Below, piece after piece: positions 9,612 through 19,700 of a DNA stretch of 64,000 nucleotides (its first letter is position 1; the number at the start of each line of letters is the position of its first letter). A program made the position numbers and the translations under genes. The stretch is from contig SVQW01000002.1 of the NCBI GenBank assembly GCA_015065085.1, forward strand, positions 132,197-196,196. Reading direction: 5' to 3'. The stretch is from Oscillospiraceae bacterium. Lineage in GTDB: Bacteria; Bacillota; Clostridia; Oscillospirales; SIG627. The notes beneath the pieces were generated by a model, which was given only the letters and a program-made list of their open reading frames with translations, was not told the DNA's origin and did no database searches.

Positions 9612-11462
9612 TTACTCTGCCGATATTTCAATCTGCATCATTTTGAAATTGCCCTCCGTTTTGCGGTAAATGCCGTTTTTATTGAGCTGTGCTCCGATTA
9701 CACGCTCACCGCCTGCGATATGGTAGGTTTTGTTTTCATCGACACACGGATACACGGTAACACCCGTCTGAACAAGCTTGTTTGAGAAGATCTGCACTTT
9801 TATGTTTTTAAAATCTCTGTCATTGAACTGGAGCACGGTAAAGGATTTTGTATCACACAAAATACGGCATTCAGCATTGCTCCAGAAAGCTCTCTGTTTC
9901 TTGAAATCCGCAACCATTCCGCACAGCATACTTTGCGTCTCGGGTGAAAAATGAGCCACATCACAGCTGAAGCCTATCGTCCCTGCAGAAAGAAAGCCTT
10001 TAAGCCAGCTTGGCGAAACATCACTAAGTCTTTCGCACACGGCATCTCCGGTAGCAAAAACATGCTCGGGATTCTCTTCATCATACCCATCCATACCAAC
10101 ACTTGACGCTCCAAGCACCGCCCAGCGTTCTATCACCTGGGGCGGAAGACGCAGCATTGATTCCTTGAATATTCTCATGCCGTGATAAGGGCTTTGGTTA
10201 TCCGAAGGCCAAAAGCTGTCAAAATCTCTGCAATTCGAAAGAGTCATTCTCAATCCACCCGAGGCACAATTTGTAATATAAAGCTCGGGGTATTCATTAC
10301 GGAAACGCTTTATGAGCTGACGGTAGCCCTCAAAATATTTTACAAAAGCCCTTCCCGTAGTATCAAATTCAAGGTCGGCATTGAAATCAAATTTGACATA
10401 TTCAACACCAAACCGGTCAATAACGCCGCTGACGGCATCAAATATAAAATCTCTTACCTCACTGCGTGAAAAATCCGCAAAATACGTACCCTTATATTTT
10501 ATAAAATAGTCACGGTGGCAATTCAGTGAATTGGTGTTCTCCATAGTACGCTCAGGTTCAAACCACAGTCCGAATTTCATTCCGTTGCGTCGCACTTCGT
10601 CCGCAATTTCCGCCATCCGTCCCTTGAATCCCGAATTGAGATTTTCCGTCCAATCGCCTATATTTGTCACCCAGCCCGCACTGTTTCCGAACCAACCCGC
10701 ATCAATCACAAAGTATTCCGCACCAAGTTTTGCGGCGGCAGGAATCTGCTTCATGGTGCTTTCAAAATCAATGCGGTCAAAGCGGTACAGCCATGTATTA
10801 TAAATAACAGGAAGAGCACGGCGAGGCATATTGATATTGCAGTAACGATGAAGTCTGTAACATTCAAAATCCCGTCTGTCTGTAAATTCATAGTATAGTA
10901 TTTCAGGCAAATCTATGCTTTCGCCGGCATTCACCGTGTACACCATGTTGTTCGACCACATTCCCAATTCCATAGCAACATAGCTGTTTTCACCGGGGGC
11001 GGCACATCGCTGTGCCGTCATGTTCCATGAGCAGTCGGCAATAAGATGGAACACCATGCCTCGGTTAGCCTGACAGCTCCACAGCGCCATAAACGGAGCG
11101 GCACCGTTTGCCGAACGCACAGAATCGGTATGCGCAGATATTTCGGTGTTAAGCATATGCCACTGACCCATACTTTCGTTCTGCCAGCTGTTAAACTGAG
11201 TATACACCTCATATTCACCGCCGTCAAAGGTTATGCGCGAGCGAAGTGCAGTAAATGTAAGAGGCGCGTCACTTGTATTTTCAAGGCGGTCTCTGCGGGA
11301 AAAAATACCATCGTTCTTTTGTCTTATATCTGCAGTGAGCGTATACTTACCGTAATCGGCAAATATTCTGCCGTCGGAAATTTCAAGCGTCGCCTCGGGG
11401 ATTTCCGAAAGTGAGCACACATTCCAAAGCTGAAAATGATTTTCGGTAAGAATTCTGTTCAT
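9612..11462 (-). CDS. GH36 alpha-galactosidase family protein
   Basis: YFVIDAGWFG, FGLWFEPE, YVKFDFN and NCASGG motifs, characteristic of GH36. No signal peptide. Confidence 0.85.
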   Translation of the reverse strand: MNRILTENHFQLWNVCSLSEIPEATLEISDGRIFADYGKYTLTADIRQKNDGIFSRRDRLENTSDAPLTFTALRSRITFDGGEYEVYTQFNSWQNESMGQWHMLNTEISAHTDSVRSANGAAPFMALWSCQANRGMVFHLIADCSWNMTAQRCAAPGENSYVAMELGMWSNNMVYTVNAGESIDLPEILYYEFTDRRDFECYRLHRYCNINMPRRALPVIYNTWLYRFDRIDFESTMKQIPAAAKLGAEYFVIDAGWFGNSAGWVTNIGDWTENLNSGFKGRMAEIADEVRRNGMKFGLWFEPERTMENTNSLNCHRDYFIKYKGTYFADFSRSEVRDFIFDAVSGVIDRFGVEYVKFDFNADLEFDTTGRAFVKYFEGYRQLIKRFRNEYPELYITNCASGGLRMTLSNCRDFDSFWPSDNQSPYHGMRIFKESMLRLPPQVIERWAVLGASSVGMDGYDEENPEHVFATGDAVCERLSDVSPSWLKGFLSAGTIGFSCDVAHFSPETQSMLCGMVADFKKQRAFWSNAECRILCDTKSFTVLQFNDRDFKNIKVQIFSNKLVQTGVTVYPCVDENKTYHIAGGERVIGAQLNKNGIYRKTEGNFKMMQIEISAE

Positions 11463-11551
11463 AACGCATCCATCCTTGTTTCTGTTTGTTTACAGGAACA
11501 TTATACAATATCAGACAGGAAATTTCAACATATTTTTTGTATTTTACTTAC

Positions 11552-11580
11552 TTGATTTTAAAAGCCTGCAGGTGTATAAT
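11552..11580 (+). promoter_or_regulatory. sigma-A-type promoter for the EamA transporter gene
   Basis: TTGATT (11552-11557), 17-nt spacer, TATAAT (11575-11580), about 30 nt upstream of the ATG at 11611. Confidence 0.5.
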
Positions 11581-11610
11581 GTATGAGTTGACTGCAAAAC
11601 GAGGTGAATT

Positions 11611-12462
11611 ATGGATAATATCTGGGTATTATTTGTTTTTTTATACAGCTTGCTTAAAGGCTCACGTGACGGAATGAAAAAAGCCGCCATCAAAAAAAGC
11701 GGAGCAAACGAAATTTTATTTTTCTATACACTCATAGGTCTGATACTGACAATTCCATTTTCGGCATCGGCATTTTCACTTAAGCCGTTTTACATATTCC
11801 TTATATTCATTAAAGCGGCAGTGGTGTGCACTGCATGGCTTTTCTCCTTTATAGCGCTGAAAAGCATGTCGGTCAGCCTTTTCGGAATAATGGATCTGTC
11901 GCGTATGGTATTCTCCACAATGCTGGGAGTTTTTGCACTGGGTGAAAGCTTCACCTGGCAGAAAGCCGTGGGGGTTATACTGGTAGTAACAGGACTTATG
12001 CTGGTAAATCTAAAAAAGGATACATCTTCAAAGGGTATGTCGTTTTCCATTCTCATGGCTGCACTTCTCAACTGCTTTTTCAATGCACTTTCGGGTACAA
12101 TGGACAAGGTACTGATGCAGTACATGGAATCCGCACAGCTTCAGTTCTGGTTTATGCTTTTCATGACGGTAATTTACGGTGCAGTGCTTGTGATAAAGAG
12201 AGAACGCATTTCGGTAAAGCACATAAAAACCAATTACTGGATACCGCTTATGAGCATTTCCCTTGTTGTTGGAGACAAGCTCCTCTTCGAAGCCAATGCT
12301 TCTCCCGCCAGCGAAGTAACACTTATGACGATAATAAAGCAATCTTCGGTGATTGTCACGGTACTTACGGGCTGGCTGGCATTTAAAGAAAAGCACATTC
12401 TGTACAAGCTTATGTGTACGGCAATCGTTCTTACAGGTATTTTCATTGCCGTGTTATTATAA
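11611..12462 (+). CDS. EamA/DMT-family transporter
   Basis: About 10 predicted TM segments in two halves. GAGGTGA RBS 4 nt upstream of the ATG. Confidence 0.85.
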   Translation: MDNIWVLFVFLYSLLKGSRDGMKKAAIKKSGANEILFFYTLIGLILTIPFSASAFSLKPFYIFLIFIKAAVVCTAWLFSFIALKSMSVSLFGIMDLSRMVFSTMLGVFALGESFTWQKAVGVILVVTGLMLVNLKKDTSSKGMSFSILMAALLNCFFNALSGTMDKVLMQYMESAQLQFWFMLFMTVIYGAVLVIKRERISVKHIKTNYWIPLMSISLVVGDKLLFEANASPASEVTLMTIIKQSSVIVTVLTGWLAFKEKHILYKLMCTAIVLTGIFIAVLL

Positions 12463-12500
12463 AAAGTGCTCCCGAAGCTTTGCTTCGGGAGCATATTTTT
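12461..12500. terminator. bidirectional intrinsic terminator between convergent genes
   Basis: Perfect 12-bp stem TGCTCCCGAAGC / GCTTCGGGAGCA (12467-12478 / 12482-12493), flanked by A5 and T-rich runs. Confidence 0.8.
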
Positions 12501-13558
12501 TACAGTAATCTTACCAGCTCGTCGCCTACCTGACTTGTTGTTGCTTTTCCACCCATATCGGGAGTGAGTACTTTGCCGTCCACCATAATCTGTTCAATGG
12601 AATCAATCAGCTTCCTGCCCCATTCTTCATGACCGAAGAAATCCAGCATCTGACTTGCAGACCATACCGAAGCAAGAGGATTTGCAATCTGTTTGCCCGC
12701 AATATCCGGTGCCGAGCCGTGGATAGGCTCAAACATAGAGGGATATTTTCTCTCCGGATTTATATTTGCTCCTGCCGCAAGTCCCATTCCGCCGGAAATT
12801 GCCGCACCAAGGTCGGTAATTATATCGCCGAACAAATTGGAGGTAACAACCACCTCAAATCGTGAAGGGTTCTTCACAAAAAACATGCTTGCCGCATCAA
12901 CCAGAAGCGAATCTGTCTTTACATCAGGATATTCCTTACCTACTTCGGCAAAAATACTGTCCCAGAACACCATAGAATAGTTAAGAGCGTTTCCTTTTGA
13001 AATGCTGGTAAGCTTTTTGCCGGCTGCACGTGCCGTTTCGTAGGCATAGCGTATAATTCTTTCTGTTCCTTTACGTGAAAAAACGCCCGTCTGCAACACA
13101 ACTTCATTGGGCTGACCCTTGAAAAGCCAGTTACCCTCGCCCGCATATTCGCCCTCGCTGTTTTCACGTATTACCAGCATATCAATATCACTGCACTTTA
13201 CATCTTTAAGCGGACAGGGTGCACCCTTCAACAGCTTGACCGGGCGCAGGTTTACATACTGATCGAACTCATGGCGTATTGTAAGCAAAAGATCCCAGAG
13301 AGAAATATGGTCGGGAACGCCGGGATAGCCCACCGCGCCGAGATAAACAGCATCAAATTGAGAAAGTATCTTTATTCCGTCCTTCGGCATCATTCTGCCG
13401 TTTTCAAGGTAATATTTACATCCCCACGGGAAATGTGTAAATTCAAAGGAAAAACCGCCGTCCAGCTCTGATGCACGGTTAAGCACCTTTATTCCCTCGC
13501 TGAGTACCTCGGGACCGATTCCGTCACCTGCGACAACTGCTATTTTATATTTTTTCAT
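12500..13558 (-). CDS. tartrate dehydrogenase / D-malate dehydrogenase (decarboxylating), isocitrate-isopropylmalate dehydrogenase superfamily
   Basis: Full-length similarity by eye to DmlA/TtuC-type enzymes: KIAVVAGDGIGPEV, YVNLRPV, IRENSEGEY, NLFGDIITDL, EPIHGSAPDIAGK. Confidence 0.9.
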   Translation of the reverse strand: MKKYKIAVVAGDGIGPEVLSEGIKVLNRASELDGGFSFEFTHFPWGCKYYLENGRMMPKDGIKILSQFDAVYLGAVGYPGVPDHISLWDLLLTIRHEFDQYVNLRPVKLLKGAPCPLKDVKCSDIDMLVIRENSEGEYAGEGNWLFKGQPNEVVLQTGVFSRKGTERIIRYAYETARAAGKKLTSISKGNALNYSMVFWDSIFAEVGKEYPDVKTDSLLVDAASMFFVKNPSRFEVVVTSNLFGDIITDLGAAISGGMGLAAGANINPERKYPSMFEPIHGSAPDIAGKQIANPLASVWSASQMLDFFGHEEWGRKLIDSIEQIMVDGKVLTPDMGGKATTSQVGDELVRLL

Positions 13559-13575
13559 ATCTTTTACCTTGCCTT

Positions 13576-13785
13576 TCAGTTCTGCTTGCGAACGAATTTA
13601 TACTCATCGTAAAATTTATAATACGGACAATCGTACTTTTTGCCGTATGCCATGCGCGCCATTTCGTCCTCGTCAAAGCTTACGGTACATTCGTTTTGTT
13701 CGGTATCAATATTGTAGTCGTAATATGCACAGGTTTCGCACTGTGCATTTTTGTTTTCGCCTGCCACATCCATTCCTCCATGCAT
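13576..13785 (-). CDS. 69-aa acidic/aromatic four-Cys miniprotein (uncharacterised)
   Basis: The ATG overlaps the upstream stop (TAATG). An alternative GTG at 13767 lies behind GGAGGA. Has CxxC plus two more Cys (CETC...C...C). The C-terminal KKYDCPYYKFYDEYKF repeats the tail of the upstream protein. Confidence 0.6.
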   Translation of the reverse strand: MHGGMDVAGENKNAQCETCAYYDYNIDTEQNECTVSFDEDEMARMAYGKKYDCPYYKFYDEYKFVRKQN

Positions 13786-16070
13786 TAAAAGTCATAAAAC
13801 GGATAATCGTATTTTTTGAAGTCGTAATAGGAATAGTCCTTGTTCTCTTCTTTTTCTTCCTTTTTATTCTTTTCCATCTTTACTTCACGCATTTTAAGGC
13901 TGATTTCATCAAGCATATCAAGCGCCTCGGTCTTTGTGCCGTCCGCCACACGGTCAATCGGCTCGCCCTTTTCGGTCAATTCAAGCTTCATTTCGCTTTC
14001 GTCACATTCCACCAGACATGGATGGAGCTTTAATGAAAGGCTTTTATGCGTTCCGAATTCTTTGTAGTAATGCACATACATATCCGTAAATCTGAAACCG
14101 CTGACGCGCATGAAAGCATTCCATCTGCGGTGCTCCAGCCAGGCAAGTCTGTGACGCATCCATGCATCCTCCGTCACAACAAGATCGCCCTTTGCAAAGC
14201 TTTCATACTTTTGGTAATCCTTTTTGAGCGCTTCAAGATAAGTATCATAGTCCTTTTCGTCAAAAACAGAGGCGGTTGCCATACCACAGGAAAACATCTT
14301 ATACGGGATATGCACCGCACGTGCCGAATTAGCCCAGAAGGTGTAATCATCCCTTGTGCGCTTCTTGTTACTCTTAGCTCGTTTTTCGGCATCCGCGGCA
14401 AAATTATACTTTTCATCCAGCGAATCCGCCTTTATGCTCAGTTCGGGACTCAATACATTTCCCGCACTGTACATCTCGCCCATCGAGCCGAAAGCATACA
14501 TATATATGTCGGGATAAAACATTTTGGAAGAGGTGAAGAGCCTTGCGTTGTTGAGCGCCTTGCACATTTCAGTATCATATATTGCGTATGCTATGACCGT
14601 TTTTTTGTTGTGCGCGGATTCAAGATGATATTTTCCGATTTCACGTCGCAACGCATCCGCAACAGTAAGATTAAGCTCGTCCGAACCCAATGCCACAACG
14701 AAATAGTCGGTGTCAAGAAGAGAAATGCCGTCCTTGTTCTTTTTCTCGAGCAGCTGAGGAATGTTTTCGAATCTCACATCTGCGCCAAAAAAGCTGAAGG
14801 AGCAATAGGGATTAGAAAATTCTCCTCTTTTATTCTTGACGAGTATTGGGTCATTTTCCGTTGCGGATTTTATTATATCGCAATTTATGCGGTTGAGTCT
14901 TCCCTCAAAATCCTCCTTGGTTTCATTGGCAACAACATTTATTCTGAGCTTACTGTCCAGTACCTGTCCGCACCAGTAAGTACCGGTAAGTACCTCGGTT
15001 CCGATAGAACCTGTACCGAAAACAGTTACGTTAAGGTCGGTATTAAGCCCCGGCTTTCTTCTGTGGATAAGCGGCTGATACAGCGGCACCTTCTGCAAAA
15101 GATTGCAGGCCAGCTTGCGGTAGCACTGAGCGGGAGTAACCGACGGCATTTCGCCTTCCTCAAGCCTTGAAGAAAGCATTTCAATAAAGCTCTTTTCTGC
15201 CAGAACATACGAATCATCCTGGCTAAACATGAATATTTCGGAATTTTTGAGATAACCCACATCCTTGCCGTCAGCCATTTTAGTCAGAGTGTGAAGGTTG
15301 TTTATCTCCTGCTCATCAATAAGAAAATACTTATTTTCAATATTCTTTTTCTTTTTTACATGTAAAATGTCATCCTGCAGGCAGATAGCGCCCATTGACT
15401 TTGCGGTTTTAATAAGCTCACTGCTCTTTTCGCTTTCGTCATCATGATATGCGTCGGTAAAAATAATCAGGGGCTTGGGGCTGTCTGCGTTATTCTCGGA
15501 CAGACTTGAAGCAAGTACTGCCGAGCGGGAATTAAGCTCGCTGAAATAGCAACGCATACGGCGTGAAAATTTCATAATGCACCATACTTTAAGCTTGGGG
15601 AATATATTAACCAGCACATCCAGTATTATTGCGCCCCCTGCAATGGGCGAGATAATATTGAGAACAGAGGCAAATATTCTGAAGCCTACACACATCCACT
15701 CACGTCCGAAAGCATAAAGAGAAGCCTGCTTCAAGCTCTGCATATATCCCTCGTAATCCGCATCCATACTGAAGGTCTGAAGCGATGCCACAACCGAAGA
15801 AAACAGTTCCTCCCACCAGGTAGATACCACAGCATCCCTTTCGGGCGATCGTACAACGTACAGACTTACGGCATACCTCATAAGAAATACCGCCAAAAGA
15901 AGTATTCCTGAAATTATAAATACGCTTTTTTCATTGAAGAAAGCAGTTCTGCACTCATTCTTTTTGCAGAAGTACCTGATTATCTTATATATGTACCAGC
16001 CAAGCATTGCCAGTACCATCAAAAACGCAGCCATCATAAGTGCGCCTATCAATTCATGGGGCCATACCAT
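13785..16070 (-). CDS. membrane-anchored protein with Rossmann-like (TrkA_N-like) domain and C-terminal RyR-like domain
   Basis: N-terminal hydrophobic helices (LIGALMMAAFLMVLAMLGWYIY; VFIISGILLLAVFLM; ISPIAGGAIILDVLVNIF). GxGxxG at NVTVFGTGSIGTE (about 15001-15038). C-terminal LAWLEHRRWNAFMRVSGFRF...KLHPCLVE (13998-14147). Start set at ATG 16070 (GAAAGGAAG RBS spanning the esterase stop). The track start at 16121 has no RBS. Confidence 0.8.
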   Translation of the reverse strand: MVWPHELIGALMMAAFLMVLAMLGWYIYKIIRYFCKKNECRTAFFNEKSVFIISGILLLAVFLMRYAVSLYVVRSPERDAVVSTWWEELFSSVVASLQTFSMDADYEGYMQSLKQASLYAFGREWMCVGFRIFASVLNIISPIAGGAIILDVLVNIFPKLKVWCIMKFSRRMRCYFSELNSRSAVLASSLSENNADSPKPLIIFTDAYHDDESEKSSELIKTAKSMGAICLQDDILHVKKKKNIENKYFLIDEQEINNLHTLTKMADGKDVGYLKNSEIFMFSQDDSYVLAEKSFIEMLSSRLEEGEMPSVTPAQCYRKLACNLLQKVPLYQPLIHRRKPGLNTDLNVTVFGTGSIGTEVLTGTYWCGQVLDSKLRINVVANETKEDFEGRLNRINCDIIKSATENDPILVKNKRGEFSNPYCSFSFFGADVRFENIPQLLEKKNKDGISLLDTDYFVVALGSDELNLTVADALRREIGKYHLESAHNKKTVIAYAIYDTEMCKALNNARLFTSSKMFYPDIYMYAFGSMGEMYSAGNVLSPELSIKADSLDEKYNFAADAEKRAKSNKKRTRDDYTFWANSARAVHIPYKMFSCGMATASVFDEKDYDTYLEALKKDYQKYESFAKGDLVVTEDAWMRHRLAWLEHRRWNAFMRVSGFRFTDMYVHYYKEFGTHKSLSLKLHPCLVECDESEMKLELTEKGEPIDRVADGTKTEALDMLDEISLKMREVKMEKNKKEEKEENKDYSYYDFKKYDYPFYDF

Positions 16071-16090
16071 AAAATCTCTACTTCCTTTCG

Positions 16091-16723
16091 TTACAGCTTC
16101 CTGTTTTTGCTCATAAGCCATTCTATAAGCTTATCATTATAGGCGTGCTCCCAGACATTGTGTCCGACACCTTCAACACGTGAATAGGTAACATCCCCTC
16201 CGCGTGCTTTAATACTTTGTACCATATGGTCGGAATTGACAACGCTTACAACACTGTCCTCCACACCGTGAAATACCCACACCGGCATATCCAGCACTCC
16301 TGCATTCCAGGGCATTCCGCCGCCGCATACAGGCGATATAGCGGCAAACATTCGGGGGCATGCCATTGCGGTGAACCAAGTACCGTAGCCTCCCATACTC
16401 AGACCGGTAAGATAAATTCTTTGCTTATCAACCTCAAATTCCTCAGAAATCTTCTGAATGAAGCTTATTATCGACTCCACCTTTGCTGCCCAGAAAGTAT
16501 CAGGAGGGCACTGAGGCATAACAAAAATACAATCATATTCGTTTTTTGCCATAAGCTTCGAAAAGCCGTGAACATCCACCTTTGATAGGTCATCACCGCC
16601 CTTGCCCCTTTCACCCGCACCGTGAAGCTGGACCACAAGGGGGAGATTGCTTTTTTCGTTTTCGGGTGAATACTTAACAAACGGGAAAGCCCATTGTGAG
16701 CCTCTGCATTCTGTTCTTTTCAT
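16091..16723 (-). CDS. alpha/beta-hydrolase, esterase/serine-hydrolase family (LpqC/carboxylesterase-like)
   Basis: Oxyanion region LHGAGERG, nucleophile elbow GLSMGG, acid FHGVEDSVV and His in GVGHNVW. No signal peptide. The ATG lies 4 nt after the upstream stop, with a GAAAGG RBS. Confidence 0.85.
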   Translation of the reverse strand: MKRTECRGSQWAFPFVKYSPENEKSNLPLVVQLHGAGERGKGGDDLSKVDVHGFSKLMAKNEYDCIFVMPQCPPDTFWAAKVESIISFIQKISEEFEVDKQRIYLTGLSMGGYGTWFTAMACPRMFAAISPVCGGGMPWNAGVLDMPVWVFHGVEDSVVSVVNSDHMVQSIKARGGDVTYSRVEGVGHNVWEHAYNDKLIEWLMSKNRKL

Positions 16724-16727
16724 AAAA

Positions 16728-19700
16728 TCAGCCTTTCAGTATACTTTCGATTTCGGCACCTGAAAGATGATTTTGGGTTATCAGTGCATCTACCAGTGCA
16801 TCCATCTTTTTCCTGTTCTTTTCTATTATTTCAACAGCAAGCTGAAGCTGTTCGGCAAGTATCTTATTTACCGATGAGCGGACCTCGCGTGACAGCTCAC
16901 CGCTTCTTGCAGACTCGCTTTCTATGGTGGCAAGCCCGAATTCTTCGTCCATGCCGTAGGTACAGATTATGTGCTGTGCCATATTGGTTGCAGAATTCAA
17001 ATCTCCGCTTGCTCCTGTGGAAATACCGTCCTTATTACCGTAATAAACAATTTCCGCTGCTCTTCCGCCCAGTGCAGTGCGTATACGGCTGACAAGCTCA
17101 TCCTTTGTGTAGCTTCCTTTATTTTCGGTATCACCATGTTGCATATATCCGCCGTGGTCGCCACGTGCAACCACCGTAAGATATGACGGTGTTTCACCGC
17201 TTTCGTAGCATATAAAGGCGTGTCCCGCTTCATGTCTTGCGGTGCGCTCCAGCTGAGACGGATCCCACTTTTTCTTTTCACCGCTTGTAAAGGTTTCAAA
17301 GGCTTCCTCAAATGCTTCGTCGGTAACCTTAATATCACCCTCGCGGATGGCAGTTCTTAAAGACATTTCAAAAACCGATTCCAGTGCGGCAAGGCTCATG
17401 CCGGTGGAACGCACGGCTATATTTTCAATTTTTTCTTCACTGATGGTGTATATTGGGTTTTCAGATGCTTTAAGCCTCATGTAACGGATTCGTTCCTGCT
17501 TATTCGGCAAATCGATGTATACCCGTCTGTCAAAACGGCGCATAAGCGCACCGTCAAGGCTCTTGGGACTTCCCGGCTCTACGTCGAAATTGGTGGCAGC
17601 CAATACGAACACAGGCTTTGTAACATCGTTCTTGAAGCCGTCCATTTCCGTAAGAAACGCTGTGAGAATTTCCTCTGCTCCGCTGTTGTTGTCACCGCCC
17701 TTACGTTCTTTGGCAATGGCATCTATTTCATCCACAAAAACTATGGCAGGCGCGTATTTTCTTGCCGTTCTGAACAGCTCATGCACCTTTTCGGGGCCTT
17801 CGCCTACATACTTTTTCAAAAACTGGTTTCCCTCGGCAGTAATAAAAGTAGCGTCCGATTCACTCGCCATTGCTTTTGCAAGCATGGTTTTACCCGTGCC
17901 GGGCGGGCCGTAAAGCAATACACCTCTGGGAGCTCTCACACCCGTACCTATGTACTTTTTGGGGTTTCTGAGATATTCGGCAAAGTATTTCAGCTCTTTC
18001 TTGGCATCCTCGGCACCGATAACTTTATCAAAGCTTATATTGGGCTTGGACACATTACTGAGTATATTCTCGGAATCCTCAGCATCAAGCGCGATCTCCA
18101 TTCTGAAATCAAAAAGTCTTATTTCAGCCGTCTTGCCTCCGTTCTTAAGGCACTGGGCGGTTTCAAACCTCACCAGTTTATTGGCCTTTGCAAGTGTCTC
18201 CATGCTGTTTTGCTGGTGAAGGGCGGCACAGATAATATCCATATCCTGCGAAAAGCTCTTTTTATTTCCCTCAAGAGTTATTACACCCCTGACGCCCTGG
18301 CGCATGAAGGAAACCTTTTCCTCGTCGTTGAACTGATGGGCGCGGGTTTCCAGCAGATACGTGGGAAGCTGATTATAATTCTCGCGTATAAAGTGCAAAA
18401 AGTCGCGTGCGGAGGAATCCACATCCTCTACATTGAGATACTCGTTAAGCGGATTTCTTATGCCGTAATTCACATCAAAAAGCGCCAATGCTATTTCGTT
18501 TTCCCGTATTACCTTTTTGGCACTGTCAAGGTCAGAAACATGTATAAAACTGCATCCGCATCTTGCGTCACTGCACAGCTGTGCAATCTCTTCCTGAGCG
18601 AAAACGATAACCTTTGGAGGCTCCATTCCTTCAAAGAGCGACAGCACCTCGTCATTGTCACTTGGCAAATCAAGAGTAATATTTATATTGTTTATCTTTT
18701 TTACAGAGCCTTTGAGTGAGTCTGATGCGGCAAGACGGAAAAGCTCGAAAAGCTCATCGTCAAAAAACGCCTCCGCACGGCTTCGTACCGTTCTGGCATC
18801 CGTAGCTCCGCCCTCTGCAAACAGCAGTGCAGTATACACCTTTTCGTCTATATCTACCTTTACACCTATCTCGTTCTCAAAGTCGCGGGCATGTCGCAAT
18901 ACCTCATTCTTGGCAATCATGCGCAGGCTGTGGGCTGAAATGTGATTGAACATAACCACGTTTCCCGAAGCAAAGCGGGAGCATATGGCACCCGGGAAAA
19001 ACGGAACACCCGTTTCGGGATTTTTGTCATTCTGAAGTGCTTTTAGAATAACCTTACGTGTAACGCATGAGAAATCTCCGTTTTCGGAGTTTTCATAAAG
19101 CTGTTTTCCCGCATTGGTGGTAAGTATTATTATGGTATCCGAGAAGGACACCTCGTTATCGGTATAGTTGTCGCGCAGTCTGCCTGCATCCAGCATCTGC
19201 AAGAACAGATGTATAACGCACATATGAGCCTTTTCAATTTCATCAAACAGCAGTACGCATCTGGGGTTCTTCTCAACAAAGCTTGTAACATTACCGGCCT
19301 TGCCGTTTTTATATACCTTGTCCGAACCGCAGAATTCAATATTTGCTTCCTTATCGGCATACTCACTCATATCAAAACGCATGAAAGGAAGCCCCAGCTC
19401 CATTGCGGCACTTTCCGCCAGAAAAGTTTTTCCCACTCCGGGAGGACCCGCAAAAAGAAATGTAGCGCGGGGTCTGGTGCGGGTTTTGTCGGTAAGTGCG
19501 AGAAGCTCGGAGCGAAAATACCCCGAGGCAAAAACGCTTATGGCATTATCCTGTCCGAAAATTTTACCGGACAGTGCCTTTTGTATATTCTTCACCTTGT
19601 TTACAAGGTATTCCATCTTTTCCTTGGGATTGTCAGGCAGCTTTTCCTGAGGCAGCTTCACCTCGGGCTGAGGCTTTTTTGCGGGCTTCTTTTCTTCCAA

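Noticed and set aside
14046-15170. 374-aa plus-strand ORF (also 17781..18719 and 19209..19775)
   Set aside because: All are antisense to the TM/RyR-like and AAA+ genes, whose own frames carry clear Walker, HEAGH and GxGxxG motifs. They have no RBS and no recognisable domains.
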